The notes under the pieces were generated by a model that worked only from the letters and a program-made list of their open reading frames with translations, was not told the origin of the DNA and ran no database searches. Shown here in pieces: positions 21,591 through 31,288 of a DNA stretch of 64,000 nt. Position 1 is the stretch's first letter. Each line of letters opens with the position of its first letter. This DNA comes from Phyllobacterium sp. Lineage in GTDB: Bacteria; Pseudomonadota; Alphaproteobacteria; Rhizobiales; Rhizobiaceae. The stretch covers positions 605 through 64,604 of the forward strand of contig JAYSWX010000118.1 in the NCBI GenBank assembly GCA_043717855.1, read 5' to 3'. The position numbers and the translations under genes were made by a program.

Positions 21591-22355
21591 AGCAGCAGGC
21601 GCTGCTTCTTCCAATGTTGGTTCAGACGGATTTTCCATCGCGCCGATGTCAATGCCCATTGAACCTTGCTGACGGGCAATACCGTCGATGCAGGCTTTGG
21701 CAATCAAATCGCAGTAAAGAGCGATTGCGCGGGATGAGTCGTCGTTACCTGGAATTGGGTAGTCAATGAGATCTGGCGTGCAGTTCGAATCGATGATCGC
21801 AACAACGGGAATGCCGAGGCGCTTGGCTTCGTCAATCGCATTGGCTTCTTTATTGGTATCAATGATGAACATGATGTTCGGTGTGGAACCCATGTCCTTA
21901 ATGCCGCCAAGTGCGCGGTCAAGCTTTTCACGCTCGCGCTGAAGGTTCAAGAGTTCCTTCTTTGTCAGGCCGTGACCGTCGCCGCCGAGCAATTCATCAA
22001 GCTTACGCAGACGGGAGATTGAGTTGGAAATTGTTTTCCAATTGGTCATCATGCCACCGAGCCAACGCGCGTTTACGTAATATTGCGCGGAGTTACGTGC
22101 AGCTTCAGCGATAAGCTCGGAAGCCTGACGCTTTGTGCCAACGAACAGAACGCGACCGCCCTTGGCAACTGTGTCCGAAATTGCCTTTAGCGCGTTGTTA
22201 AGCAAAGGAACGGTCTGAGCAAGGTCAAGGATGTGGATGTTGTTACGTGTTCCGAAAATGTAAGATTCCATTTTCGGGTTCCAACGGTGGGTTTGATGCC
22301 CAAAGTGGACGCCAGCTTCTAGAAGCTGACGCATAGAGAATTCTGGCAGCGCCAT
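21588..22355 (-). CDS. rpsB: 30S ribosomal protein S2
   Basis: Canonical S2 sequence ([18 protein letters not shown]). Confidence 0.96.
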   Translation of the reverse strand: MALPEFSMRQLLEAGVHFGHQTHRWNPKMESYIFGTRNNIHILDLAQTVPLLNNALKAISDTVAKGGRVLFVGTKRQASELIAEAARNSAQYYVNARWLGGMMTNWKTISNSISRLRKLDELLGGDGHGLTKKELLNLQREREKLDRALGGIKDMGSTPNIMFIIDTNKEANAIDEAKRLGIPVVAIIDSNCTPDLIDYPIPGNDDSSRAIALYCDLIAKACIDGIARQQGSMGIDIGAMENPSEPTLEEAAPAA

Positions 22356-22514
22356 TGTAGTAGTCCTTTCCGGTTTAACCTCTGCGGGGGTAGACAGTTG
22401 CCTGTCACCGGTGGTGCGACCAGGATTTCTCCCTGAACGAACCTATCCCCGCATGTGGAATGCTGCGGCGTATAGTGTGAAATGAACTGAAGTGCAAGCG
22501 CGAAGGTACAGAAA

Positions 22515-23798
22515 CTACATGGCGCTATGGAATGGATTGGGCCAGATAGAGCGGTTGTTGTCTTTGCTAATCTGACTGTTCACCTTGTCCAGCGCCACTT
22601 GAAGTGATTCACGGACCGAATCCATCAAATCGGCGGCAGTTTCGGCTCCTGTAACTTCGAGCGGCGGCAAAATGCGAATATGCGCAACACGCCGAGCCAC
22701 GGGCTGAGGCAAGTAGGCGTTCATCACGTCACGTAGCGTGCCAAAGCACCAGTCATTGCGGATGCGTTTGAGATGCTCGGCAACTTCTTCTTGAGTGATA
22801 GTAGGGCTTAAAAAGGCAAAATCACCCAATCTACGGATCTTTGTCAGTCGCTCAGATAATACCAAGGCCGCCCTACCAGCGTCGCTAGGTGTTTTGCCTT
22901 CGCCTCGCACTTTGCGTTTTACTAGTTTAAGGGTTTCGGTTGGATCGCCATCTGCACCATCTTTGCCGATATAAGCTCCGAGCTGAACACAGGCAGCGGT
23001 TTCGCACACGGATAGTTTCTTGGCGAGAGAGAGTCCCGACGTCATTGTGAGACCGAGCTTAGCCGCCTCGCGATCCGCCAACACATCATAGATAAAGTAC
23101 GCCCGTTCAGCCGGATTGCCGCTGCCCTCAATCCTTAGCTTACGCTCAATGTAACCACACTCTTTAGCGAGACCGGCTGACGCGTCCTCGGAGAATTGCA
23201 GCTTCCATGCAATCGGCAAGAGAAATGCCGACTTATGGGGAGCTTTGGACTTAGCCTCCAGCGCCATTTCGCCGGCGCCGGACATCAGCGTGGCAACAAA
23301 GTTTGAATGCCAGCCGACAGCGCCTTCAGGATGGAGTAACACCGGAAAGCCTTTGAGTGTCCATTCGACAGAAAAGGCCTTACCATCCACCGAATTGCCC
23401 GGTATCTGGGCAATAAGGTTGTTCCAGAGCCAGAATTTCTGCCCAAAATTGCCAGTGCCGTTAACGATGCCGTTGGTTGCCCAACAAGCCGTCATAGGGG
23501 CACAGCGGCTTATAATCTCCTTATCGAGCATCCAATCGGTAAAAAACTCCGGGTGGTTTGGCAGGATAAAAACCGTATTATCGCCGTCACACAATTTCTT
23601 CAGTGCAGCTATTTCATCCTCATTGACGATGATTTTGCTAATGTCAGTGAGGCCGCGAATGCCTGGAACACGCTTAATTAGCGGAATATCCCGGAGCAAG
23701 GGAATGCCATGCAACATAAAAACACGATTGACCCATGACATAACACGCATAAACGAAGGCCACGGATTTGGTCTTACAAACACTTCAAGCTTTGGCAT
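22515..23798 (-). CDS. Conserved hypothetical protein, possibly a lysophospholipid/glycerol-phosphate acyltransferase-like enzyme
   Basis: 427-aa ORF with coding-like composition. It has a FILPNHPEFFTDW segment resembling acyltransferase motif I, but with HX5D spacing. Family not firmly recognised. Confidence 0.35.
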   Translation of the reverse strand: MPKLEVFVRPNPWPSFMRVMSWVNRVFMLHGIPLLRDIPLIKRVPGIRGLTDISKIIVNEDEIAALKKLCDGDNTVFILPNHPEFFTDWMLDKEIISRCAPMTACWATNGIVNGTGNFGQKFWLWNNLIAQIPGNSVDGKAFSVEWTLKGFPVLLHPEGAVGWHSNFVATLMSGAGEMALEAKSKAPHKSAFLLPIAWKLQFSEDASAGLAKECGYIERKLRIEGSGNPAERAYFIYDVLADREAAKLGLTMTSGLSLAKKLSVCETAACVQLGAYIGKDGADGDPTETLKLVKRKVRGEGKTPSDAGRAALVLSERLTKIRRLGDFAFLSPTITQEEVAEHLKRIRNDWCFGTLRDVMNAYLPQPVARRVAHIRILPPLEVTGAETAADLMDSVRESLQVALDKVNSQISKDNNRSIWPNPFHSAM

Positions 23799-23845
23799 TA
23801 TTTGTTTTACTGCCCCTCGCAGACTTAACTAAATGATTCCGATCA

Positions 23846-24682
23846 TTATTGGTTGCAGACTGGTTTGTCATACATTTTTAAGTCAACTAATTTTCCAGTC
23901 ATTGAAAAATCTCCGTAATCCATGACCAGATCACGCGTAATGCCGTTTTCGTATAGTTTGAAGCCAATCTGATACACCGGCTCTTCTTGGCCGTTGTCCG
24001 CCTTGGCATCAAAATAAGTCACCGACGCCGGAAAATAATCAGCGCCTTTGATTGTCTTGCCGATTTCACTATCCGGTCCGTCCTGAGCGCCATGATTGCG
24101 TTCTCCAAGAATAACCGTCGTTGTCAGCTCGCGGTCGGCATCTTCTGTACCGTCGAAAATTGTTGTTTCATAAAACTTCTCACCTTTTTCTGCACGACTA
24201 AGCATATCGACCATGTGTGTCGTAGGGAAAAGGGTTTTATCCAAATTATACTTCGCTTCCAATGGCTTAGTTACATCCACCAACAAGCCTTTGTCATTTT
24301 CCTGCGCGGTGCCACGTGTTTCCTTATCCAAGACCTTGTCCACGAAATTCTTAGTCAAAAACCGGAATATCTTACCGTCACCAGACTCGAAACTCGTCGT
24401 TTGTTGGTCTGTAAGACGCTGACCGTCGCCATTGTCGATTTTGGTGACGTAGCGAAATGTCGTGGTAAAGCCATCACAGGGCGATCCGTTGAACTCATAC
24501 ACCATACGCCCGGTAAGGCCCTTAATGCCGGATCGATCGGACGCATCCTTCATTTCCAGATCATACACAGCGCGATGCGGAACCAAATTTGACATAGACG
24601 CAACTTGGGAGGCTGCAGACGCGGCACCTGCCCCGGTCAAAATCAAAATACCAAAAATGGTGGCTGTGGAACGATTACGCAT
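23846..24682 (-). CDS. DUF1849 / EipB-like periplasmic envelope-integrity protein
   Basis: Signal peptide followed by HRAVYDLEMKDASDRSGIKGLTGRMVYEFNGSPCDGFT, which matches my memory of the Brucella EipB family. It lies near rpsB, as eipB does in Brucella. Confidence 0.6.
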   Translation of the reverse strand: MRNRSTATIFGILILTGAGAASAASQVASMSNLVPHRAVYDLEMKDASDRSGIKGLTGRMVYEFNGSPCDGFTTTFRYVTKIDNGDGQRLTDQQTTSFESGDGKIFRFLTKNFVDKVLDKETRGTAQENDKGLLVDVTKPLEAKYNLDKTLFPTTHMVDMLSRAEKGEKFYETTIFDGTEDADRELTTTVILGERNHGAQDGPDSEIGKTIKGADYFPASVTYFDAKADNGQEEPVYQIGFKLYENGITRDLVMDYGDFSMTGKLVDLKMYDKPVCNQ

Positions 24683-24794
24683 ATGGACCTCCAATTAGAA
24701 TTACGCTTAGTCTAGCTACTCACGTGGCAAAAGCGAGGCAAAATCGCGGAAATAATAATGCCAGTCAAATATGAGAACTACGGGAGCAGCCTCA

Positions 24795-25262
24795 ATGTCT
24801 GAAACAACAATTCAACGATTACATGCACTTGGTATCCAATTACCTAAGGCTGCTATGCCGGCCGCAAATTATGTTTCATTTGCTCAATCCGGCTCGCTTA
24901 TTTTTACATCGGGACAATTGCCATTGAAGGACGGACGGCTAATCAACACCGGTATTTTGGGTGCGGAATTGGATGTTGCTGCGGGCCAAGAAGCTGCAAA
25001 ACAGTGTGCAATCAATATCATATCGCAGATCGACGCCACGACTGGTGATTTGGAGCGGATTGTTCGCATTGTGAAATTGACAATTTTTGTAGCTTCCACT
25101 CCAGAGTTTACATCGCAGCATTTGGTCGGAAATGGCGCATCGGACTTTCTCGTGGCCGTGTTGGGGGACAAAGGTAAACATGCGCGCTCGGCTGTCGGTG
25201 TGCCCAGCCTGCCGCTGAATGCGCCGGTGGAAATCGAAGCGGTTGTAGAGGTTCGCTTGTGA
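24795..25262 (+). CDS. RidA/YjgF family reactive-intermediate deaminase
   Basis: YjgF-like pattern (...TSGQLP...ARSAVGV.SLPLNAPVEIEAV). ATG at 24795; an upstream alternative start lies at 24771. Confidence 0.75.
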   Translation: MSETTIQRLHALGIQLPKAAMPAANYVSFAQSGSLIFTSGQLPLKDGRLINTGILGAELDVAAGQEAAKQCAINIISQIDATTGDLERIVRIVKLTIFVASTPEFTSQHLVGNGASDFLVAVLGDKGKHARSAVGVPSLPLNAPVEIEAVVEVRL

Positions 25263-25987
25263 CCGATCTTGCATGGATGACAAAGCGACCAATTGCGCAT
25301 CGTGGTTTGCATGATGGAAACAGGTTGGTTTGGGAAAATACATTGTCGGCGTTTAAGCTTGCGATTTCTGGAGATTTTGCGATTGAGACAGACGTTCACC
25401 TGACCAAAGACGGTGTCGCAGTAATCTTTCATGACGGTGATTTGAAGCGCCTTACTGGACGCGAGGGTTTTATTCGCGACCATACTGCTGCTGAAATGAG
25501 CGCTATGAACATTGGTGATACCGCAGAAAAAGTGCCTTCGTTGCGGCAACTGCTGGATTTAGTCGCAGGCCAAGTGCCTGTAATCATTGAGCTTAAGGGC
25601 GACGTTGGTTATGATGGCGGGCTGATTGCGGCAGTTGCCGCGGACCTTGCCGCCTATGAGGGGTGTGCGGTGATTATGTCATTTGACCATCATTTGATAC
25701 GCGACTTCAAAAAACTTGCCCCAAATATCCCGGGCGGATTGACGGCGGAGGGAACGAGCGTAGCGGATTTAGAGGCCAACTTCTCAATGTTGGCTCATGG
25801 GATATCTTTCGTTTCCTATAACGTCCATCATCTGCCAAACCGCTTTACAAAATTTGTTCGTGACAACTTGAAAATGCCTGTAATCACTTGGACCGTTAGA
25901 ACTAAAGACGACGTTGACCGCACTTATGCAAATGCGGAACAGGCAACTTTTGAACTATGCAATCCCGATGACATGTTAGAAAAATAG
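25259..25987 (+). CDS. Glycerophosphodiester phosphodiesterase family protein
   Basis: IAHRG...ENTL.AF...ETDVHLTKDG..V.FHD motif. GTGA overlap with the upstream stop. Confidence 0.8.
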   Translation: MTDLAWMTKRPIAHRGLHDGNRLVWENTLSAFKLAISGDFAIETDVHLTKDGVAVIFHDGDLKRLTGREGFIRDHTAAEMSAMNIGDTAEKVPSLRQLLDLVAGQVPVIIELKGDVGYDGGLIAAVAADLAAYEGCAVIMSFDHHLIRDFKKLAPNIPGGLTAEGTSVADLEANFSMLAHGISFVSYNVHHLPNRFTKFVRDNLKMPVITWTVRTKDDVDRTYANAEQATFELCNPDDMLEK

Positions 25988-26066
25988 ACGGGCTACCTAC
26001 CCTTGCCGATGGATAGATCAAACGTATCTACTTGTGAATTAGACATAGAAATCTGCAAGGACGGGC

Positions 26067-27248
26067 ATGAGCAGCGATGAGTATTCAGTAAAGACAGTGG
26101 CCGGGGCTGGCGCATTTAGCCCGGTGGAATGGTCATTGCTGGACGGGACAGTGCGCGGCACGCCTGACTATAACCCATTCATTTCACACGATTTTTTATC
26201 CGCGATCGAACTCTCCGGCTGTGTCTCGCGACGCGCCGGCTGGCAGCCGCATTTCTTGCGGATGGAAGATAAAGATAAGAATTTAGTTGCTGCCGTGCCA
26301 GCGTATTTGAAATCTCACAGCCAAGGAGAGTATGTTTTTGACCATGGCTGGGCCAATGCTTTTGAACAGGCTGGCGGGCGCTATTACCCCAAACTGCAGG
26401 TATCCGTGCCATTTACACCTGCGACGGGCCCTCGCCTTTTGAGTATTGGTGGCGATAAAACGGCAAAATTTGCGGCGGCAAAGGCGTTGAAAACAGTAGC
26501 AGAGAATCTGGGCGTTTCATCGGCGCACGTCACCTTTGCCACTGAAACAGATGCCGGAATATTGGAATCTCAAGGCTTTTTGCACCGGATTGACCAACAA
26601 TTTCACTTTCATAACGACAACTATAGGTCGTATTCCGATTTTTTGACAACGCTCACTTCACGTAAGCGCAAGGGCCTACGTAAGGAGCGAGATGCCGCGT
26701 TATGTAATGGAATCAGTGTTGAACGAATGTTTGGTAGCCAAATTACTGAGGATATTTGGGATCAATTTTATAATTTCTACATCGACACAAGCAACCGTAA
26801 GTGGGGGCAACCTTATTTGAACCGCAAGTTCTTTTCACTAATAGGCGAGACGATGGCGGACGATATTTTGTTAATTATGGCCAAGCGAGACGGACGCTAT
26901 ATTGCGGGCGCTATCAATTTTCTTGGCGGCGGGCGGATTTTTGGGCGCAATTGGGGATGCATTGAGGACCACCCTTATTTGCATTTTGAAGTTTGCTACC
27001 ATCAGGCAATCGACCATGCGATTGAACATGGATATTCGATTGTTGAGGCTGGCGCGCAGGGCGAGCATAAGCTTGCGCGGGGCTATATGCCGGTGACAAC
27101 GCATTCAGCGCATTACATTGTGCATGAAGGTTTACGCCGCGCCGTGGCGGAATTTTTGGAGCGCGAACGGCAGGAAGTTTCGCGCGTGAGCGGGGTTTTG
27201 GCCGATCACGGGCCGTTCCGAAAAGGGGCGTTATTGCTAGAAAACTAG
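26067..27248 (+). CDS. GNAT/FemAB-like N-acyltransferase, DUF482 family
   Basis: FISHDFLSAIE.SGC....GW.P.FL...YLKSHSQGEYVFDHGWA pattern recalled for PF04339. Confidence 0.6.
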   Translation: MSSDEYSVKTVAGAGAFSPVEWSLLDGTVRGTPDYNPFISHDFLSAIELSGCVSRRAGWQPHFLRMEDKDKNLVAAVPAYLKSHSQGEYVFDHGWANAFEQAGGRYYPKLQVSVPFTPATGPRLLSIGGDKTAKFAAAKALKTVAENLGVSSAHVTFATETDAGILESQGFLHRIDQQFHFHNDNYRSYSDFLTTLTSRKRKGLRKERDAALCNGISVERMFGSQITEDIWDQFYNFYIDTSNRKWGQPYLNRKFFSLIGETMADDILLIMAKRDGRYIAGAINFLGGGRIFGRNWGCIEDHPYLHFEVCYHQAIDHAIEHGYSIVEAGAQGEHKLARGYMPVTTHSAHYIVHEGLRRAVAEFLERERQEVSRVSGVLADHGPFRKGALLLEN

Positions 27249-27298
27249 CTTATTGCTATAAATTTGCCTATTTTGATCGAATTCTTGAGGAAACGACC

Positions 27299-27745
27299 AT
27301 GATTACCTACGATAATACCAATATTTTTGCCAAGATCATTCGTGGAGAAATTCCTTGTCATAAGGTCTTTGAAGACGAGAATACGCTGGCATTTATGGAT
27401 GTGATGCCGCAGGCTGACGGGCATGTTCTGGTGGTGCCAAAGGCCCCTTCCCGCAACCTTTTGGATGCTGATCCTGCGGTTTTGGCACAAGCCATTCAGG
27501 TTGTTCAACGTGTAGCGAAGGCCGTTCAGACCGCCTTCAAAGCCGAAGGAATTATGCTGGTTCAATATAATGAAGCACCTGCAGGGCAGACTGTGTTTCA
27601 CTTACACTTCCATATTATCCCGCGTTTTGAAGGTGTGGCTTTGAAGGGCCATGGCGGGCAAATGGCGGACCAAACCCTGCTCGCCAATCAATCGGAAATG
27701 ATACGCCGCACGCTCGGAGATGACCCGGAAACCGCACAGAACTAG
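27299..27745 (+). CDS. HIT family (histidine triad) nucleotide hydrolase
   Basis: HVLVVPK and the HLHFHIIPR histidine triad. Confidence 0.9.
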   Translation: MITYDNTNIFAKIIRGEIPCHKVFEDENTLAFMDVMPQADGHVLVVPKAPSRNLLDADPAVLAQAIQVVQRVAKAVQTAFKAEGIMLVQYNEAPAGQTVFHLHFHIIPRFEGVALKGHGGQMADQTLLANQSEMIRRTLGDDPETAQN

Positions 27746-27771
27746 TGCGGAAGTGGTGCGGAGATCGTGTG

Positions 27772-28686
27772 TCACGCAATTGCGAATGTTCTTTGCTCTA
27801 AGTGAGCTAAAGTTCGTCGCGCCAAGACAGTTGCGATTGCAAATACCGCCAAACCACCCAGTATGTCCGTCAGGTGATGGCCACCTTGAACCAAAATTGC
27901 TGGCACCATTAAAAGATTGACGACGAGAAAAATCGGGAACACTCGCTTGAATTGAGCCGTGTACCAAACGCAAAGACAAGCAATGACTGTGTGAAACGAA
28001 GGAAAGCCAACAAGGCCAAGCGCGATTTTGGGACTGATATAAGTCACGCCATCCCGCAATAGTTTATTGATTGACATGCCATACTCAGAATCCACAATGA
28101 TCGGCAATGCGCCATGCGCCTGCGCGGGGAGTATTTCCCAACCGGACGCGCCGGACGAGGGAAAGAATGACCAGAAGCAAATAGTCAGCAGGCCGGCCCA
28201 AATACCTGTCAGCTGGAACAGGTGTAAGTCAACACGCTTTAGATTAAAGCTCAAAACGTATATTACAATAAAAATTTGTATTAAGCTCGTAAGGTAAACA
28301 ACACGAAGCACATTTCCAAACCACGGCCACTGTGCCGTCCAGACGACAAAACCGGTCCAAGAATAGCCGAGTGCAGCATCAATGCGGATCAACAGCGGAT
28401 CAATCATAGGGTTGTGGTTTGGCAAGAGCAGATAAGTAAAAATTCCCATAGACATCGATAATATTACATAAAGCCCAGAAGCGGTGCATGCTAGCGCAGA
28501 GGCTTGGCTGGGACGTAAAAGACGAAAAAATTGCCCCATTCCAAGGCCAAAAACTGCAAAAGCCAGCATGGTAGTATATGTGATTACATCTATGCCAACT
28601 CCTTTATAGGCCGCCAGCAAGGCATCTAAAAAAAATAATACAAGTGAGACTGCGATAATGAATTTTTCAGCGGGGAAAAAGCGCAT
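27772..28686 (-). CDS. PAP2-superfamily (PAP2_3/AUR1-like) integral membrane protein, paralog A
   Basis: Polytopic. GFPSFHTV (C2-like) and GGHHLTDILGG (C3 HxxxD). About two-thirds identical by eye to paralog B. Start MRFFPAEKF lies 4 nt after the stop of the upstream decayed gene. Confidence 0.7.
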   Translation of the reverse strand: MRFFPAEKFIIAVSLVLFFLDALLAAYKGVGIDVITYTTMLAFAVFGLGMGQFFRLLRPSQASALACTASGLYVILSMSMGIFTYLLLPNHNPMIDPLLIRIDAALGYSWTGFVVWTAQWPWFGNVLRVVYLTSLIQIFIVIYVLSFNLKRVDLHLFQLTGIWAGLLTICFWSFFPSSGASGWEILPAQAHGALPIIVDSEYGMSINKLLRDGVTYISPKIALGLVGFPSFHTVIACLCVWYTAQFKRVFPIFLVVNLLMVPAILVQGGHHLTDILGGLAVFAIATVLARRTLAHLEQRTFAIA

Positions 28687-28690
28687 AATA

Positions 28691-29390
28691 TTATTCCTGT
28701 ACAATAAGTGTTGGAGTTTTTGGTTTGTGTCCAATCGACTGCCAGTGCGCAATGCCGTGTAAACCTGCCACACTGTCCAATGCTATTTTGCTGACAATAC
28801 AGATCGCAAACGCGGCAACGGCTAAACCACCGAAAACGTCTGAAAGCTGAGGTGCGCAAAGCAAAAAACTGGCTGGTAGCAGCAGACTTGTGAGAGCAAC
28901 AGCTGCAAGGACCATCTTACGATTTGTATCAAAACCGTCGATGCAAATATGCTGGAAGGAAAATAATGATCGGAGCAAAATGATACCTAAATTAAAAAAT
29001 ATGAATAAAAAATGCAATATAATACGAAAAATAATTTAGTTCTTTTTGGTATCGCAAACACGACGAGAAGTAAAGAATATTTTCAGCTCGGAAATTTATC
29101 GGTAGTTTTCAACAAGTCACAAAACGGGCTGTTTAGACGAATTGGTGACATGGTCAGCTCCCGCAAAGCCAAAATAGACATCAATTTGTCCCAAGTCTGA
29201 TCGATACCAAAAACTCTGCGGGCCGGCATCAAAACGTAGAATACTAAAATAAACTGCGTTGCGAACGGTTTTTGCGCGAGACCCATGCTGGCATCGGTCA
29301 ATTCCCGCCTACTATGCCAGATTTTTGAGCCAAGCCGCCTTGGTATATTTTCTCATAAACGGCCAACTGGACATAAACAACATTTTGCAC
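28691..29390 (-). pseudogene. Decayed copy (C') of the C-type PAP2-like gene
   Basis: The 3' end ...LPASFLLCAPQLSDVFGGLAVAAFAICIVSK...HWQSIGHKPKTPTLIVQE aligns with gene C (...LPAILLHGAHNLVDVFGGLAVAAFAIWFASK...HWQPIGRKPKAIIAVVQE), but both His are replaced. A second remnant (RRVFGIDQTWDKL versus YRIFGVDQILAQV) sits in ORF 29083..29301. Frames are broken and the filler is AT-rich. Confidence 0.65.
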
Positions 29391-29402
29391 TGAGACGGTA
29401 CG

Positions 29403-30317
29403 TCACGCGCTCGCGAGTGCCCCGAGCGGCGACTGCGCCAAAATTCGTTTTGCCAAAACGGTCGCCACTGCAAAGACGATTAGACCGCCGATCACATCTG
29501 ACAAATGATGGCCGCCCTGTACCAACACAGATGGCAGCATCAACAGATTGATGACGAGAAAAATCGGGAATACCCATTTGAACCGTGCCATATACCAAAC
29601 GCTGAGGCAGGCCATGACGGTGTGAAATGACGGAAAGCCAATGAGCCCCAAAACATTTTGCGGGCTTATATAGGTCACGCCTTCACGCGCCAGACGATTG
29701 AGCTCCATGCCATAGTCAGAGTTCACCATGATCGGCAGCGCGCCCTGCGCCTGTGCAGGCAGGACTTCCCAACCGGATGCACCAGAGGAAGGAAAGAACG
29801 CCCAAAAGCATATTGTGAATATGCCACCCAGAACGCCGGTAAGCAAAAAACGGTGAAGATCGTCGCGCTTGCCAGTAAAGCCCAAAATCAAAATGACCAG
29901 AATGAGCTGCGCCATAGATGACATATATACAGCCCGGAAGACTGTGCCGAGCCACGGCCACTGCGCGGTCCAGACAACAAAGTTGGTCCATGAATAGCCG
30001 AGCGCGGCATCAATGCGCATAAGTAGCGGATCAATCATAGGATTGCGGTTGGGCAGCAATAGGTAATTGAAAACGGATGCGACCAGCGTGAAAATTATGT
30101 AAAGTCCGCAGGCAGTTGTTGCAAGCGCGATGCCTTCATTGGCACGATATGTCCGGTAAAACTGGCCGAGGCCAATGCTAAGAAAACCGATCCCCAGCGC
30201 TGTGGCATAACCAAGGGCGTCTATGCTCACGCCCTTATAAGCAAACAGAAGACCATCCAAAATAAACAGCGAGACCGAGATTGAGATAACGAATTTTTCA
30301 GCAGGAAACAGACGCAT
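29403..30317 (-). CDS. PAP2-superfamily (PAP2_3/AUR1-like) integral membrane protein, paralog B
   Basis: GFPSFHTVMA and GGHHLSDVIGG. The ATG at 30317 (MRLFPAEKF) lies 2 nt after the TAA of gene C, with AGGA inside the last codons of gene C. Confidence 0.7.
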   Translation of the reverse strand: MRLFPAEKFVISISVSLFILDGLLFAYKGVSIDALGYATALGIGFLSIGLGQFYRTYRANEGIALATTACGLYIIFTLVASVFNYLLLPNRNPMIDPLLMRIDAALGYSWTNFVVWTAQWPWLGTVFRAVYMSSMAQLILVILILGFTGKRDDLHRFLLTGVLGGIFTICFWAFFPSSGASGWEVLPAQAQGALPIMVNSDYGMELNRLAREGVTYISPQNVLGLIGFPSFHTVMACLSVWYMARFKWVFPIFLVINLLMLPSVLVQGGHHLSDVIGGLIVFAVATVLAKRILAQSPLGALASA

Positions 30318-30319
30318 AA

Positions 30320-31288
30320 TTATTCCTGCACCACTGCAATAATTGCTTTTGGTTTGCGGCCAATCGGCTGCCAATGCGCGGCGGCGTGTTCACTTGCAAC
30401 ATCATCCGAGGCTGTTTTGCTGGCAAACCAGATTGCAAATGCTGCAACGGCAAGTCCACCGAAAACGTCGACCAGGTTATGGGCGCCATGCAGCAAAATT
30501 GCGGGAAGCATTAAGCTGGTAAGACCAACAGCAGGCAAGCGCAGATATTTAAGCGACCAAGAGTAATAGACGAACAAGACCGCCATAACAGTGTGGAATG
30601 ATGGAAAGCCTACCATACCTAGCATTGTGAGTGGCGTAATAAAGTTCGAACCTGTTTTAGAAAGCGCAACGAGTTTTGCGCCATATTCAGGATCGACGGT
30701 AAGATGGAGCCTATTTAACACGTCTGCGGAAAGCGGCTGGAAGGCTGCGGGGGTTGACGATGGAAACAGAGACCATAACTCAATACAAAGAATACCGGAC
30801 AGAATAAACGCCAAACCTAAGCGTGACACTTGCTGCACTTTGCCAAAAAGACCGAGTACGATGAGAAGCAACGAACACTGCCAGAGTGAGGTTTTATAGA
30901 CTGTCTTTAAGAGCGCCGCGAAATCTGGGAATTGGGACATGTACGTCGCATAATCTGCCCAAACAAAGCCAAAATAGCTGTCGACTTGCGCCAAAATTTG
31001 GTCAACACCGAAAATGCGGTACGGCAGCAGCAGATAGTTGAATACTGGAATAACCTGTCCTGCGAGCAATAACAGCGCAATGCCCACACAGGCTCGGGCA
31101 ACAAGTTCATTCATACGAACATAGCGGTAGAACAGGCCAAGCGCGAGAAAAAACAGATCAACAGTTAAGGCCACGTCATAGTTGGCGATGTCCACCACCA
31201 TCCCTTTTTTGTATGATAGCAACGCACAAACCGCCATCATAATAAAAGTGAGTATAAATCCAAATTTTTCGGGACGCAGTAGCCGCAT
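30320..31288 (-). CDS. PAP2-superfamily (PAP2_3/AUR1-like) integral membrane protein, C-type paralog
   Basis: GFPSFHTVMA and HGAHNLVDVFGG. Distantly related to A/B, with shared LLP...(I/V)D..L..(I/V)D, LFPSS and FPSFHTV blocks. An alternative ATG lies at 31300. Confidence 0.65.
   Translation of the reverse strand: MRLLRPEKFGFILTFIMMAVCALLSYKKGMVVDIANYDVALTVDLFFLALGLFYRYVRMNELVARACVGIALLLLAGQVIPVFNYLLLPYRIFGVDQILAQVDSYFGFVWADYATYMSQFPDFAALLKTVYKTSLWQCSLLLIVLGLFGKVQQVSRLGLAFILSGILCIELWSLFPSSTPAAFQPLSADVLNRLHLTVDPEYGAKLVALSKTGSNFITPLTMLGMVGFPSFHTVMAVLFVYYSWSLKYLRLPAVGLTSLMLPAILLHGAHNLVDVFGGLAVAAFAIWFASKTASDDVASEHAAAHWQPIGRKPKAIIAVVQE

Noticed and set aside
23245-24592. Plus-strand ORFs of 195 aa and 201 aa
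   Set aside because: They are antisense to the acyltransferase-like and EipB-like genes. The sense frames have signal peptides and conserved motifs, while these do not.
27791-27803. 13-nt identity (CTTTGCTCTAAGT) between the 3' end of PAP2 gene A and the intergenic repeat
   Set aside because: The match does not extend further, and by a rough estimate a 13-mer match between a 105-bp element and 128 kb of two-strand sequence is not improbable by chance.
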